A DNA stretch of 64,000 bases from Octopus bimaculoides (lineage: Eukaryota). Positions 24,610 to 38,835 of this stretch are shown here, piece after piece; the first letter of the stretch is position 1; each line of letters begins with the position of its first letter. The stretch is from positions 143,508,621-143,572,620 of the forward strand of contig NC_068981.1 of the NCBI RefSeq assembly GCF_001194135.2. Reading direction: 5' to 3'. The position numbers were made by a program, and so were the translations under genes. Below the pieces are notes generated by a model that was not told the DNA's origin, made no database searches, and saw only the letters and a list, made by a program, of their open reading frames with translations.

Positions 24610-24819
24610 CAAGACAAGGTATCTTGCTGGAGCATTCTCATCAAACTACTATAAAGTGCGAACATAAGAAGTCTCATATGAACCGCAAGTATCGCATCTC
24701 TTCTCAAAACAGTAGAATATCAAGGAACATCACTTTGAAATTTGGAGCTCCTCTGACTATAAATTTTGTATTATATCAATTTATATTATACCAACAATAA
24801 TAGTATATCATACGAATAA

Positions 24820-25345
24820 TCGTTGGTGAACTTGCCTATGTTAGCAATGTCTAAAAGACAATCTGGAAAGGCTAGGATTTTCAAACAACGTAAGGTACGA
24901 GCTAACACTTACATATAAATCTATAGCGAAACTAAAAATTTTGCAAGACTTTCTGCAAATGCGATATGTAACAATCATCATAGTTCTTATTCAGATTTAT
25001 GTGATGGAGCTTCTGCTGCTTTCTTAAAAGTCAGCTTCCTCCCTCTGGGTAGAAAACTCATAAATACAAAGAAAAGTGAGGGAAAACATACACACGTAGA
25101 TACATATATACACACATATATACAGGCATACATATATGTGAGTATACATCGATAAAACAAAATATACAGATCTGCACATGTACTGACACCGGATACATTC
25201 ATACGCACACACACTTACATAGAGACATGCATAACTAAACTACCTTGTTGATGCTGTTGAAATTCCAATGAAACTACCTTATATCTAGGTTGGAAAGTGG
25301 TCCTTTCTCCATTAGCAAGATATCAAGAAATAAAACTTAACGATA
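24820..25345 (+). mobile_element. Third, older RLE-LINE 3' fragment with 3' UTR
   Basis: LAYVSNV*KDNLERLGFS..KILQDFLQM, then a 3' UTR copy GTTGATGCTGTTGAAATTCCAATGAA ending in CATA/TA repeats. Confidence 0.6.
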
Positions 25346-26245
25346 ATATACATACACACACATATATATATATATATATATAGGAGGAGGATACATGCAT
25401 GCATACATACATACATACATACATACCACAGCAATATAAATTGAGCAGAAACACTTTCTCTTGCACTGTTTAATGCTTACTTACCAACAATAAAATGTTT
25501 CATTCTATTGTATTTTTATAATATTGGTGTAAAAAGCAGGAGGGAAGAATATCAGATTTCTATTTTGTTTTCCGTATTTAGCTATTATCTGTACCGTCTT
25601 CTTCGTCGTCATCTATAAATGTTAGATTTACGTTATAGCTACGATTAACGCCACAGTAAAACTGTTCTTTCGTACATGAATGTTCTTTTCTATGGGAATT
25701 TGTTGATGATATTTCAGATTATATAACTTCGTACGTGTCTTATAATGTCTGGTGGGCGATGTCGTATATATTTTCCTTGTAAAAAATATATAATAGTTCG
25801 CTCTTCCGCGTGCGATCATCATGTGCATGAAATACGCAATGTTATGTTTGATCGTATTAATATTTTCAATCTTATGCATTGATAATATTTTCAGATCTAT
25901 GATGATGTCTGATTTTTTTCGTTTTTCTTGTATTTAAGTTATGCCAGATACATTCTCTAAAATAGAGGCTAAAGTTGTTTACTTGTATATTTGTAAATAT
26001 TTCTTCTAAAATATTGATCATTCATTGATTAATGAGTGAAGTTAAATACACCTCGTTGTACGTGTACTTGTATGTGCTGTGTGATTTTAGATTTCCATAT
26101 ATCTAGAGATAAAACTTCATGATATGTATCTATATATATATATAACTTACACTAACAGAAACTCATATATAGGCACAGACGTGAGCGTGCGTGCACATGC
26201 AGGTACAAGTGAGTTATTGGGGGAGAAGCGTAGATAGCTAGATAC

Positions 26246-26296
<51 letters not shown>

Positions 26297-26385
26297 TAGA
26301 CAGACAGACAAACAGACAGACAGACAAACAGACAGACAGGCAGAGAGACAGACAGGCAGGCAGGCAGATAGATAGATAGATAGAC

Positions 26386-26496
<111 letters not shown>

Positions 26497-26879
26497 TAGA
26501 TGGGCATGAAGATTTTTGCAGCGCTAACTCAACAATCATCATATCTTTATTTTATGTAGTTATGTGGGGCACAATGAGTAATATTTTCTAAACTTCTGAC
26601 TTTAAGAAAAAGTAGATTTACTATATTTATTATAAAGTACATTTATTATAAATGTTAACTGCATTACAAAAACTATTTCAACTAAACAAATGATCTTTAA
26701 ATGCTTTTAAAACATTATAACCTATTCAGAGCATTATTTCATAAAAAATTATCTTGTTCCCCTTTGAACATACAAAAGACAAAATTGTCGGGGCAATATG
26801 AGCTAGACAAAATAAGGTCAATTTGCTTCTTCATTTCTTCGGAATTATATTTAAGAAACCCTCACAGGTATCAATATCC

Positions 26880-28080
26880 ATACTTAGATATCAGAAAGAT
26901 CAGAAATGCAACAACAATTTTAAACATCTAGGTTAAATAAATAAGGAACATGGAAAAGTGGCTCGTGATATGAAATTAATGAAACGTCTTTAAATTTAAA
27001 AACTCGACATAAAATACTCTATAGTTTCTTCACGATCTGCTGGAGTGGCTCTCCTTTTGATATATCCACGCACCATGCAGTTAAAAGGAAGTAGTTTTTG
27101 AAATTAGTCATTATTCATTTTGTCACATATTAGACACTAGTGTGAAAAGAAAAATGACTCGGAATCCAAGAAATAAAAAACGTTTAATTGTTAAACACCA
27201 AAAATTATCCCGATATTTTATTAGTAACCTCAATTTAAAATCGCATCAAATTTAAGGAAAAATTTCTTGGAAAAATAAGAAACTGTCACCTGATTTTTTT
27301 TTTCAAACTCTCACAACTTCAACAACTGTGCTGACCAATATTTACACGCAAAGTTGGCGCAATAGTTTATAATGATGATGCAACAGTTGCACTATAATGG
27401 TTTCAAACAAGTAGAGATAAAATAACGAGGGGTCAGGAATTACTCATTTTTTGCCACCTTACCCATTTTGCATACCAGTGTTTATTTATTGCTACTGCAG
27501 ATAATTTTTTTAAAAATAAGATTGCCGACAAATTTTCGGTTTCGAGAGAACACTGAATATAAAAGAATTACCCTTTTCAGAAATATGAGTTTTTCATGTT
27601 TAAAAATGAAATTATCTTCTATGGGACAAAAATAGAAGTGATTTATGGGATATTATTTTAATGCTCACCATATCAGCCTGAGAAGGCATGAAGTTGTTGA
27701 CTTGCACAGGAAATAGTTTTCCTTGTAAAAATGTGTTCTGAGTGACAATTTCTTCCGACAAATTCTATTGGCATACATTCGTAGTTATCAACCCACGTAA
27801 TGCTGGTCTTTCAATAAGATTAACGGCTTCAGGACAACCAGCATGAAATTAAATGAGATAAAGGTGGCCATATTCTACGGATAAGTACTGTGTCTCATGT
27901 CCAGCTTCTTAATCGTTCTAATTCCTCTGATGTTAATATTCAATGCCCCTGGATATTTAATGTCCATTCTTAAGAGCGACACCGTCTTAGAGGCTATTTT
28001 ATATCTATCGGGCAATCTAATAATCTATTATTTAACTTCCTTTCCTGTTCCATTTTGTGACTTCATAGCTTTTCATAGAA
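26880..28080 (-). mobile_element. Possible highly decayed hAT (Buster/Charlie) transposase, interrupted by the MITE at 27135-27480
   Basis: Weak minus-strand motifs KYPGALN, EAGHETQYL, NTFLQGK; many stops. Confidence 0.3.
27135..27480. mobile_element. Non-autonomous Chapaev3/CMC-like MITE
   Basis: Termini CACTAGTGTGAAAA and TTTTGCATACCAGTG (reverse complement CACTGGTATGCAAAA); first 10 nt identical to the terminus at 4729. Confidence 0.6.
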
Positions 28081-28084
28081 ACTA

Positions 28085-28260
28085 GAGGGCTGTACTGACA
28101 AGCATAAGGTAGTGGATCTGATTCTTAGACCGGTTGGTGCTTATTGCTCTTGAGCAAGGTACTTCATTATGCCAGTCTACTTATCTGGAAATGAGTACTA
28201 GCGAAATGCTTCCGCCAAATGTCACATTCTCTACGATCAGCAATATCAGGTAAAGGAGGA
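28085..28260 (+). mobile_element. Degraded SINE, family C-like
   Basis: CTTGAGCAAGGTACTTCATT core after a degenerate tRNA-like head. Confidence 0.5.
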
Positions 28261-28315
28261 CCTCATTGTCACTACATAGGCACATATTTTATTGATGGTA
28301 AAATTACGTACATAT

Positions 28316-28510
28316 ACGAGGTTGTACTGAAAAGTTTCTGGCTTTAAGGATACCGTGAACGGTTTGGTTGCAGGCCAAACATTCGGAGTTCTTTTATAGG
28401 GCTTAGAAAACTAGAGAACCGCTGGAATGAGTGTGTGCATCTGCGAGAAGAATACGTTGAATAAAATCATAATTAACTGATATCCTTTATTTGCTTTCCT
28501 AAAGCTCTCG
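28316..28510 (+). mobile_element. Mariner deletion derivative
   Basis: TA-CGAGGTTGTACTGAAAAGT left TIR joined to transposase C-terminus GLRKLENRWNECVHLREEYVE*. Confidence 0.75.
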
Positions 28511-30868
28511 TGTGTGTGTGTGAGTGTGTGTGTCTGTGTGTGCCTGTGTGTGAGTGTGTGTGTGTGTGTGTGTGTACTTAGATAACTTATGTTGCGACCA
28601 TAGATTGATACAGGCCATATAGCACCACCTTAACATCAGATTCAGAATTCATCCAAGTTTGGGATCACCTGCCATAGCCCACAACACAATTCAGGCTCAC
28701 AAAACATAAATTCACTGCAGCACAATTTCCTTTTCTCAACAGGTACTGCTCTTTAACATTATCTGAAAACAAATAAAGAAGAAATATATCCATCATGCGT
28801 ATGTATACTTATATATATATACATATATATATATATANNNNNNNNNNNNNNNNNNNNNNNNNNNNNNNNNNNNNNNNNNNNNNNNNNNNNNNNNNNNNNN
28901 NNNNNNNNNNNNNNNNNNNNNNNNNNNNNNNNNNNNNNNNNNNNNNNNNNNNNNNNNNNNNNNNNNNNNNNNNNNNNNNNNNNNNNNNNNNNNNNNNNNN
29001 NNNNNNNNNNNNNNNNNNNNNNNNNNNNNNNNNNNNNNNNNNNNNNNNNNNNNNNNNNNNNNNNNNNNNNNNNNNNNNNNNNNNNNNNNNNNNNNNNNNN
29101 NNNNNNNNNNNNNNNNNNNNNNNNNNNNNNNNNNNNNNNNNNNNNNNNNNNNNNNNNNNNNNNNNNNNNNNNNNNNNNNNNNNNNNNNTATATATATATA
29201 TATATATATATATGGTGGTTTTTAAATCATTGAGAACAATTTCATCTTTTTAATAAAAGCAATGTTCAAACATTATCCCACCACTCTTCCATATCTTCTA
29301 AATCCGACATAAAAGCAACGGGTACGTCGTAGAGTTCATTTTTTCGTTAAAGAAATTCGATGAAGTAACACAATCCTTGATAGATATATTTTTAAAAAAA
29401 CGTTATCATAATACATTTAATGTCATTAAACAAAGAAGCAATGTTCCAAGCCTCTTAACCATAAATAGAAACTATATTGAAGCATCTAGCAATGTGTCCT
29501 CCTTATAACACATTTAAGGATCAAAAATTTAATTCATACAGAAAATAGAATTAGCAGATATTGTATATACAGAAAATACAATACCGCAACAATTCACAAC
29601 ACATAAGGCCACACTGCTCTGTTATGTTGTGCATTAATTGTGCGCAATAAAAATCAGAATACTGAAATATTCATGGCTATTTCTAACATAGACCCAAAAC
29701 CATGCATTGATGTCGGGAATGATGGTGAAAACTAACAAATTCATAAATTTTACGTATTTTTATGTCCCTCAAGTATACCTTACTGGTGTACCAACCGAAA
29801 GCATAAATAATCTTAACCAAATAAGGGGAAAATGTTTCTTTTATCGTTGTCCTACCGAGTCTGCCAATCCTGGTAACTCAAAATAATAATGACAATAATA
29901 GCATTAATAATAAAAGCAATGTAAATTCATTATCTCTTATTATTTATTTCTCATTTTCTTAATGTCATCATAACTTCGATATGAAAATATAAAATACGAT
30001 AACAGCAAAAATTATAGTAAAATTATGAAACTCATTTATGCAGCAATGAGAGAGAATAACAAGCAAGAAGGAAACAGAAAATTTAAGGTAAACCTCATAA
30101 TGTAATCGAGTTATGACAAACTTCTATACTATATGATTTATCATACAGCTCGCTGGTTATGCGATATAAAATCGATATAAAATTACAACTTTTATTAATA
30201 TAATAAATAATTGTCCATTATGTTCATGAAAAATCTTTCACATTTACTTTCTTCTCAATATGGGGTTTGTATATGCATGTATGTGCGTGTGATTAAAGTT
30301 GGGAGAGAAAGAGAAAGTAAGAGGCAGTAACCATGAGGTTTATAATGCATTTTCTAACTGTATGTAATTATATGAAATATCATAATTATATTGCTAACAG
30401 CTGTCAGAATAAAGTACAAAAGCATATATGTACTCACTCCCGTATGCAGGAATCTATATGCGTGTGTACATTACTTTAACTCTCTCACTTAATGTATGTA
30501 TGTATGTATGCATGTACGTATGTATGTATGTACGTATGTATGTATGTATTTATTATGTAAGTATGTATTTATATATGCATGTATTATGTATTTACGTATA
30601 TACGTATTTGCATATGTATGTATATATATATATATATGTGTGTGTATACACGTACGTATGTTTGTATGTATATACGTATGTNNNNNNNNNNNNNNNNNNN
30701 NNNNNNNNNNNNNNNNNNNNNNNNNNNNNNNNNNNNNNNNNNNNNNNNNNNNNNNNNNNNNNNNNNNNNNNNNNNNNNNNNNNNNNNNNNNNNNNNNNNN
30801 NNNNNNNNNNNNNNNNNNNNNNNNNNNNNNNNNNNNNNNNNNNNNNNNNNNNNNNNNNNNNNNNNNNN

Positions 30869-30902
<34 letters not shown>

Positions 30903-30914
30903 ACATATACACAT

Positions 30915-30961
<47 letters not shown>

Positions 30962-31991
30962 TATATACATACATGCGTTTATGTATACATATGTTTATGC
31001 GTGTGCATGGTTATATATCGATATGTACGCAAGACTTAGAATACTATATTAATATCCATGCTAAATATTCATCGTTCTAGCATAAATTCATTGATGGCAG
31101 GTTAGTTAATTTGTGAAGAAATAATTTTTGCATACACAAGCGCAAACAGACACCGACACACACAAGAATATGAACATGCTCATGAGTGTGCATCTATGTA
31201 TGTATCTATGCACGTGGATACATTTATATCCATATGTATATACGTGCACGCGCACGCATATATGTGTATATATGCATGCTTTATATGTGTCGGTCTATGG
31301 TTGTGTTTGTGCGTGTGTGCGTCGATTATTATGTACTGTCTTAGCTGCGAAATATGCGATTGTGACACAGTGAGAAAATTCCAGCCACAGATGTAACCTA
31401 TAGATTTGCTGCTTAATCAACTAGAAATAGCAGCCACTTCTTCCTCATTGTACTGCACTCTCTTATAATATATGTTAAGGGATCAATATGTTTCCAGTTA
31501 TGCAAAATACTTTATCGCAGTCATTTATCGTAATCCTGCTTTTGATCTTAGTTCTGGTCCATTACTGTCGTCTTGGGTTTCTAGAAATGCAATAACAACA
31601 ACGAGTCAATAAATGAATGTGTATATGTTCGCTCGATCTACAAAAAATAGCAGCCAAATATATTTTCATATCACATCGAAATTTCTTTAAAACATATAGT
31701 GAGCCATACCTCGAGTTTCGCACTAAAATCTTACCAGCTAAACGAAATAGAACTATACGAAGTGAATATAATATACCTTAGCGATAGGAACTTAATATGT
31801 TATATTTTACATTATATTTTACTGTATACAAACATTACTAAACAGAAGGAGAGTCTAAAGACTCGCAGTTTCATCTTAAGATACTTCCAACTTTCGAAAA
31901 CCACACAGTTTAAGATCACATTTTGTGATGTTAAAGGATCTGATCTAAAGTTATAATGATTTTAGAGAAGATTTATGATTAAGAGCTAATA

Positions 31992-32200
31992 TTTCAAATA
32001 TTTGATCAAAGACAGCAAGGGTGGGGGAGGGGGATAAGTCGATTAAATTGACCCCAGTGCTCTGTTAGTATTTATTTTATCGACTCCGAAAGGATGAATG
32101 GCTAAGTCGACCTCAGTAGAATTTGAACTCAGAACGTAAAGACAGACAAAATACCACTTTGCATTTGGCCTGGATAACAATTCTGCTAGTTCGCCGCTTT
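31992..32200 (-). mobile_element. SINE family B
   Basis: CGACTCCGAAAGGATGAATGGCTAAGTCGACCTCAGTAGAATTTGAACTCAGAACGTAAAGAC..TCTGCTAGTTCGCCGC. Confidence 0.85.
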
Positions 32201-32399
32201 TAATTTCGTAATAATATCCAAATCGTAAGCGTATCAAGATTCTACGGATGGCTTGAGATATTATTACTTACAAACAATACCTCCGATTCAACGTAACATT
32301 ATCTGCACTAGCATTTCACTGTCAGTCAAAACACAAACAAAATATATAAAAATTATTGTCATCAACTAAAATCTCTGTTTTAGTTTCAACTCACAGGCA

Positions 32400-33560
32400 G
32401 ATACATTTACTGATGTTCCTTCCCAATGATCGTTTTGTTTCTGAATCTCCTAATATAATAATGAGCATAATGTTTTTAAATATTTAATAACACTACACGG
32501 GCTCAGATCTATTTTTTACCATTTGGTTAAGAAGTTATTTTTCCGGACCTCACCCAAGATTTGTCGGTGGAATGCAGGAAGTTATCTTCAGACCAGAAAC
32601 TAGTTTTAATGCTAGCAACAGATTGAACATCGCTAAAACAGCCAAGAACGAGGTGGTGGTGTTAAACCGGGCGACGCACTAAGCCTACCTTCCAAAATCT
32701 TCGAATATAAAGAGCTCAAGCAATTACTACCAGGTGTCTTGTTCAATGCTCTAATAATTCAATTAATTCACCGCACTGCTTGTATTTATCGGCCTCAGCA
32801 AGTAGTTAACTCAGTGTGCAGATATTGGTACAAATACTTCATGAAATATTAACTAACACATTAAATAATTCTGCCAGTTATATCAACTCAGGTCGCTGAA
32901 AGAACATAAGGTAATGAGAGTTCTCCAAGCCGTATTATTCTGAGCCAAACTGCAAACTTCTCTCAGGTGACACCCATCTCAGTCAAGCCTCCTGCTCAGT
33001 TATTTGACACGTTTTCAAAGGCCTGTTCCTCTTTATATTTTCACCTTCAACTGACTGCTCGTCGACTGTCCTTGCCGATCTCCTCAACCGTAAGCGCAAT
33101 ACAAGGCCAAGCAGCTTCCTTCCTCTAGCTGTGATAGTGTCTTGCAGTTTACTTAGTAAAGCTCGTCTCCGATTTCAATTAACCGCATATAAATACTGGC
33201 ATTAGTCAAATAAAATGTAACTTCGTTTTTGTTGGTAGTTAGCACCAAGTCATTCTTGGTATGTACATCTGCAATGAAAGGATCATTATTATAATCACCC
33301 AAACGCATAATGTCAGGATTAGCTATCGCTACATTATCCATCCTCTTCCAAACGTTGAAACACAAGAGTGTGAGCTAACTGAGATTTCGCTGCGTCATTT
33401 TAAAGGAGTAAGCAATAAGCTAGACATTCTGTTGATTCATTTAGGCCTTGGTGGACATTGCCGGTGAAATTTATATGCCTTGTTGACAGACACATTTGAA
33501 TGCCCATGGAATGATTTGAAACAGTAATCTATCAACTGCTGTTGCGTCATCACATTGAGC
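32400..33560 (-). mobile_element. Possible decayed LINE apurinic-endonuclease region
   Basis: Minus-strand VDRLLF.., DIMRLGDYN (cf. I-x-x-GDFN), ..QLKVKI in plausible order; strongly degraded. Confidence 0.35.
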
Positions 33561-33649
33561 AATTTATGCACCAGTATCTCCCGTGGCCAATAGATGTATT
33601 TGTCTTTTTATTAATTGCTTTCCTTACTCCCCCTCTCTCTCTTTCTCTG

Positions 33650-33686
<37 letters not shown>

Positions 33687-33818
33687 NNNNNNNNNNNNNN
33701 NNNNNNNNNNNNNNNNNNNNNNNNNNNNNNNNNNNNNNNNNNNNNNNNNNNNNNNNNNNNNNNNNNNNNNNNNNNNNNNNNNNNNNNNNNNNNNNNNNNN
33801 NNNNNNNNNNNNNNNNNA

Positions 33819-33849
<31 letters not shown>

Positions 33850-35493
33850 CATTCAAACATTCACATATATGTATGTATTACATGAATTCATATACATACA
33901 TACATACATACATACATACATAATGTAACAGCAAGGAAAGGAAAAAGAATTACATACAAAAGGAGAAAAAGAGAAAGATAAGCGGTAACACCAGTTGATC
34001 AGAATTCTAAGCGTCTTTCAGAAAACAGAATACTGCTATATAAATGGATTTTTCTTCAATTCTTGGCACTTCTATTTTATTTATATATTTATTTAGCTTC
34101 AAGCTAAATATCGAAGGATTCGGAATTGCTATCTGTGCTGAGCCGCTTAGCTTTAAATGTACTGCCCGAATATATATGTATATATATTTCGAATTGCCTG
34201 CAGTCGATTTGTAATATAATAATATTAGAATAAATTGCTGCATTGAGGTATAATGAAACGTTTGCTTGAAGCATGAAATTGTTTGAAGCTTGCTAGCACT
34301 GCTCTGCTTGAGATTGAAATATGAAAAAAGTAAATGTCTTCAATAATCTGGGGCGAATACTGCAAAGTTCTGATACTTAGCTCTGATTATATATCTTAAA
34401 TCAGATGCGAAATAAATTATACACTGGATAGGGTGCAAGTTTTTCCCCTTGCTTTTTCCTGTGTGCATGGAGACTGAGGTATTTAGATTGAATATTATTT
34501 TTCCCTAACGTGCAATCATTTATGTGAGCCAACAAAAGGGCGCAGATTGTTAGCAATAGAACTCAAATATATATTTAAGCTACATTTTAACTTATAATGA
34601 AAGGAAGGACATATTCAATAATGAAATCCTGGCTATGTCTGGAAAGAAAGAAAGGATTGTTTTGTTCATAGGCCTATTGGATTCGAACTGGTCTGAATCA
34701 AAACAAAAACAGCATATCGAGTGCGGAAAGTCTTGAACTCACGACCTATGAGATCGTAAACTAATATCAGCAGAAGATTTTAGTTATTGCTCTTCGCTTC
34801 AGCAAGCGAAGTTATAGGACCTGTTTGTTATGTGGTTTATCTTGAATAGCAAATTGTAAATAATAGGCAAATTAGATACTGCAAATAATATATAATATAG
34901 TTTTATTTTTAGGACACGTAGATGCGTCTTTTGTAAGGGAAGAATATAGTCGACTGATTCTAAAATTCAAGAAAATGAATGCTAATATTAACCACAGCAC
35001 CGGAACTCGTATTTGAATAGGAAAATATCGAAAGTATATACAGTAAAAATTGGTGTGCTGTTTCACAATCAACAACGTCAAAATCATTTTAATAGTATTC
35101 TATATTAAACAACAGTTAACCCATAGCATGTAATTATGTATATTATGCACAACTGTAAGCTTCTTCTATTTTGAATTGCTATGATTATATGTGTGTGTAT
35201 GTGCGTATGTGTGTGTGTATGTATATGTGTATGTATATGTGTATGTGTTTGTGTGTGTGTTTGTGTATGTAGATGTGTATGTGTTTGTATGTTGTTGGGT
35301 GTGTGTGTCTATGTATACGTATTTATACATTGATATTTGACAAACAAAGCTAAGAAGAAAGATATCTATAATAATGCAGTTGTGTTATCAGCGCTATTAT
35401 TCCCCTCATGTGGTTTATTAGACTACTTGACCTGATCAGAAAAAAGTCATATATACAAATTTATTATAAATATAAATATATATACATATATGC

Positions 35494-35537
<44 letters not shown>

Positions 35538-35608
35538 NNNNNNNNNNNNNNNNNNNNNNNNNNNNNNNNNNNNNNNNNNNNNNNNNNNNNNNNNNNNNNN
35601 NNNNNNNN

Positions 35609-35643
<35 letters not shown>

Positions 35644-35855
35644 GTGTATATATATGCGTCTGTGTATTTGAGTGCATTTATAAATATATATATGTAAGCA
35701 TACACAAGTACACATACACACATATATCAGAAATGATGAACTGCTCTCATACGGCACGTCATTGGAGTGGTCATATACTAGATATCATTCGGAACTTTTA
35801 AACGTTTTCAAATTTTCAACATTAAAGTAAGTACAATTTCATATGATAATATAGA

Positions 35856-36046
35856 TTTCAAATGTTGGCACTAGGCCAACATTTCCGGGGTAGGGGATAA
35901 GTAGATTACATCGACCCCAGTACTCAACTGGTACTTACTTATTTTATTGACCCTGAAAGGATGAAAGGCTAGATCGACTTCGGCGAAATTTGAACTCAGA
36001 ACGTAAAGACGGACGAAATGTCGGCAGGCATTTTATCCGATGTGCC
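35856..36046 (-). mobile_element. SINE family B
   Basis: ATCGACCCCAGTACTCAACTGGTACTTA..CCCTGAAAGGATGAAAGGC..TTTGAACTCAGAACGTAAAGACGGACGAAATG. Confidence 0.85.
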
Positions 36047-36151
36047 TTAATTTATATGATAATACGCTGCTTAAATGCACCAAAGTTTCACATATTATGT
36101 GCACAATTTTAGACCTCGATGAAACCATTTCACTTTATTAATTGTAATTAT

Positions 36152-36610
36152 GGGTGTAGGCATGGTTGTGTGGTAAGAAGCTTGCTTCCCAACCACATGG
36201 TTCCGAATTCAGTCCCACTGTGTGACACCCTAGGCGAGTGCCTTCTATAATAGGCTCAGGTCGACTAATATCTTGTGAATGGATTTGGTAGAGAAACTGA
36301 GAGAAGCATGTCACACACACTCACACACACACACACACACGTCTGTGTGTATGTATATGAATGTGTGTGTGTGTGTGTGCGTGAGTGAATCTTTGTGTCT
36401 GTGTTTGTCCCCATCACCGTTTGACAACCGGTGCTGGTGTGTTTACGGCCCCGTAACTTAGCTGTTCGACAAAAGGTCCCGATAGAATACGTACTGGGTT
36501 TTAAAAAAATAAATCCTGGGGACGATTTGTTCGCCTAAAACGCCTTCAAGGCGATGCTCCAGTATGGTCGCAGCCAAATGGCTGAAACAGTAAAGTATAA
36601 AAGAACAAGA
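36152..36610 (+). mobile_element. SINE family A
   Basis: A-box, B-box GGTTCCGAATTCAGTCCC, internal CA/GT repeat, GGCGATGCTCCAGTATGGTCGCAG tail. Confidence 0.9.
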
Positions 36611-36802
36611 GAATAGACCCTAAAAGCATTAAACACTGAAACAAACTTGGAGTTATTTGAACGTACTCCCTAAGGGATATAATCAAAATACCGATGTACT
36701 TTAAACCCACTACTCACCCGAGTTTGATATCAACTGTCCTTGAAATAAAGATTTTTTTAAATTGGTCACACATATAGTTCATTATATAATACTAAATATT
36801 TG

Positions 36803-37019
36803 AAGGTGGAGAGCTGGCAGAAACGTTATTACGCCGGGTGAAATGCTTAGCGGTACTTCGTCTGTCTTTACGTCCTGAGTTCAAATTCCACCGAGGTCGA
36901 CTTTGCCTTTCATCCTTTCAGGGTCGATTAAATTTAGTACCAGTTGCGTACTAGGTCGATCTAATCGATTGCCGCCCCTCCCCAAATATTTTTCGGTCCT
37001 TGTGCCTAGAGCAGAAAAG
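36803..37019 (+). mobile_element. SINE family B, full length, with 15-bp TSD
   Basis: AATACTAAATATTTG at 36788-36802 and 37020-37034; head AAGGTGGAGAGCTGGCAGAA, B-box GAGTTCAAATTCC. Confidence 0.92.
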
Positions 37020-38754
37020 AATACTAAATATTTGTCTCGTACTTTATTCAAGAGTCTCTTGAGGGATCAGTGTTCAGGTTGACATCGGCCTAAATTGAAT
37101 TCAGAATGTAAAGACACGTAGTTAAAACTCGCATTGCCTTTTGTACATCATATACTTCTGTCAGTCAATCACATAGTATTTGTTTCTAATTTAGGTACAA
37201 TTCCAGATGTTTTTGAGAAGAAAAGGTCAGTTGATTCCCTCCAGCCGTACTTGAGAGCTACTTTATTATATGGGCTCTGGTGGTTTAAAGAAAATGAGAT
37301 TGACCCCAGCGCGATTTCAGCTCAGAACGTATAGGTTCGGAAAAAATAAAACGCAGCTCATTTTTTCCACATTAAGGATTCTAGCAATCTAGCTCCCTGG
37401 CTAATGCCATCCATGCTAAAAGTTACCTTGTGATCAAATTTCCAAATAACATTGCTGTAGATTTTAATAAATTTCACTTACCTTCATTTTTCTACAGAAA
37501 TTTATTACTATCTGAACACTTAAGTGCTTTGTTAATCTCATACTTCACCTTCACATGTATTTGAGCATCCATAAATTAATATATTATTACGGACAGTTCA
37601 AAGAGATGCTTGTCTATTTGCAGCCACACGCCACTTCCTGTAGTGTTGCGTGCTTACTAATATTTGTTCTTGTGCATCTATGTAGATTTTCATTCCTCCA
37701 TTTTATTATCTGTCTATCCGTTAACCGTATCTTCCCCCGTTATTGTTTTGCCACAACGCACGCAACAAGATAACTGAACCACTCTTTGCATCGGTACAGA
37801 AGTAAATCTCCTCTTGACCCATATTCGGAAAAATCTTTATTCGTCCTTCACTTGTAAAGATCAAATTTTTGATTGCTGGATTAATAACCTTTTCGTAGAG
37901 TTATCTCTTCTAATTTTTTTTTCAATCACATATCAATGTTTCATGAAAATTAGACTTCCCAGTTACACATATTCATTCGAAAAATATATGTATATTTTTT
38001 CTTTCTTCAAATTTATATTACAACTTAATTATTTACAGAAAAAAAATATCTTAAAAAATCTATTTCAATTATGTGAAATCTTTAGAAGAATATATGACAT
38101 GTAATTAGATTCAGCTATTCCTATAAAGACGAATATTCATAATTGGATTAAATTATGTTTCAATCTGCAATAATGCATAATATTTATTAAATACGTTGTT
38201 TATTTATTTTACCAAATTTTTGATAAATCTTTGCATTGCGGCTATAATCTTTGGAGGCGAAAAGATGGATGTTCTTAGAATTACGATATTATGAGCTAAA
38301 GCATTCTGAAAGACGTAATTTTCTTTTACGTGTGGTGGTATTGTGAGTAAATGAAAATGAATTGCATATTGAACATTATTGAACATACGTATATTTATAT
38401 GTGTGTACGGGGGGAAAACAGCATCTGAGAGTACAATAAGCTGTACAAACCAGGATTTTATTAGAAAATATTAATGCATAGCACCAACTATAGCTGGAAA
38501 TTTTCTTCATGTTGTAGTTTATTTCCAGGTCAACCCATACTTCCAGCATGTTTTATTTAACATGTAAAGTAATTTATGGAAATGTGCCTGCTATTTCATG
38601 CAGTCTGAAAGATACGTAGAGGCTAATTGCATGAATTAAGCGGTAAGAATAAGTCAATTACTCTATGAGTCACACTATTCATATTTACAAGATTAAAATA
38701 TAATGTGAATTTGAACAGCTAAGAAGGCATGAATCATGAGATAAAGACAGAACG

Positions 38755-38755
38755 A

Positions 38756-38823
<68 letters not shown>

Positions 38824-38835
38824 AATAAAGAAAGA
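38755..38835. repeat. (GAAA)n microsatellite
   Basis: Read directly. Confidence 0.97.
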
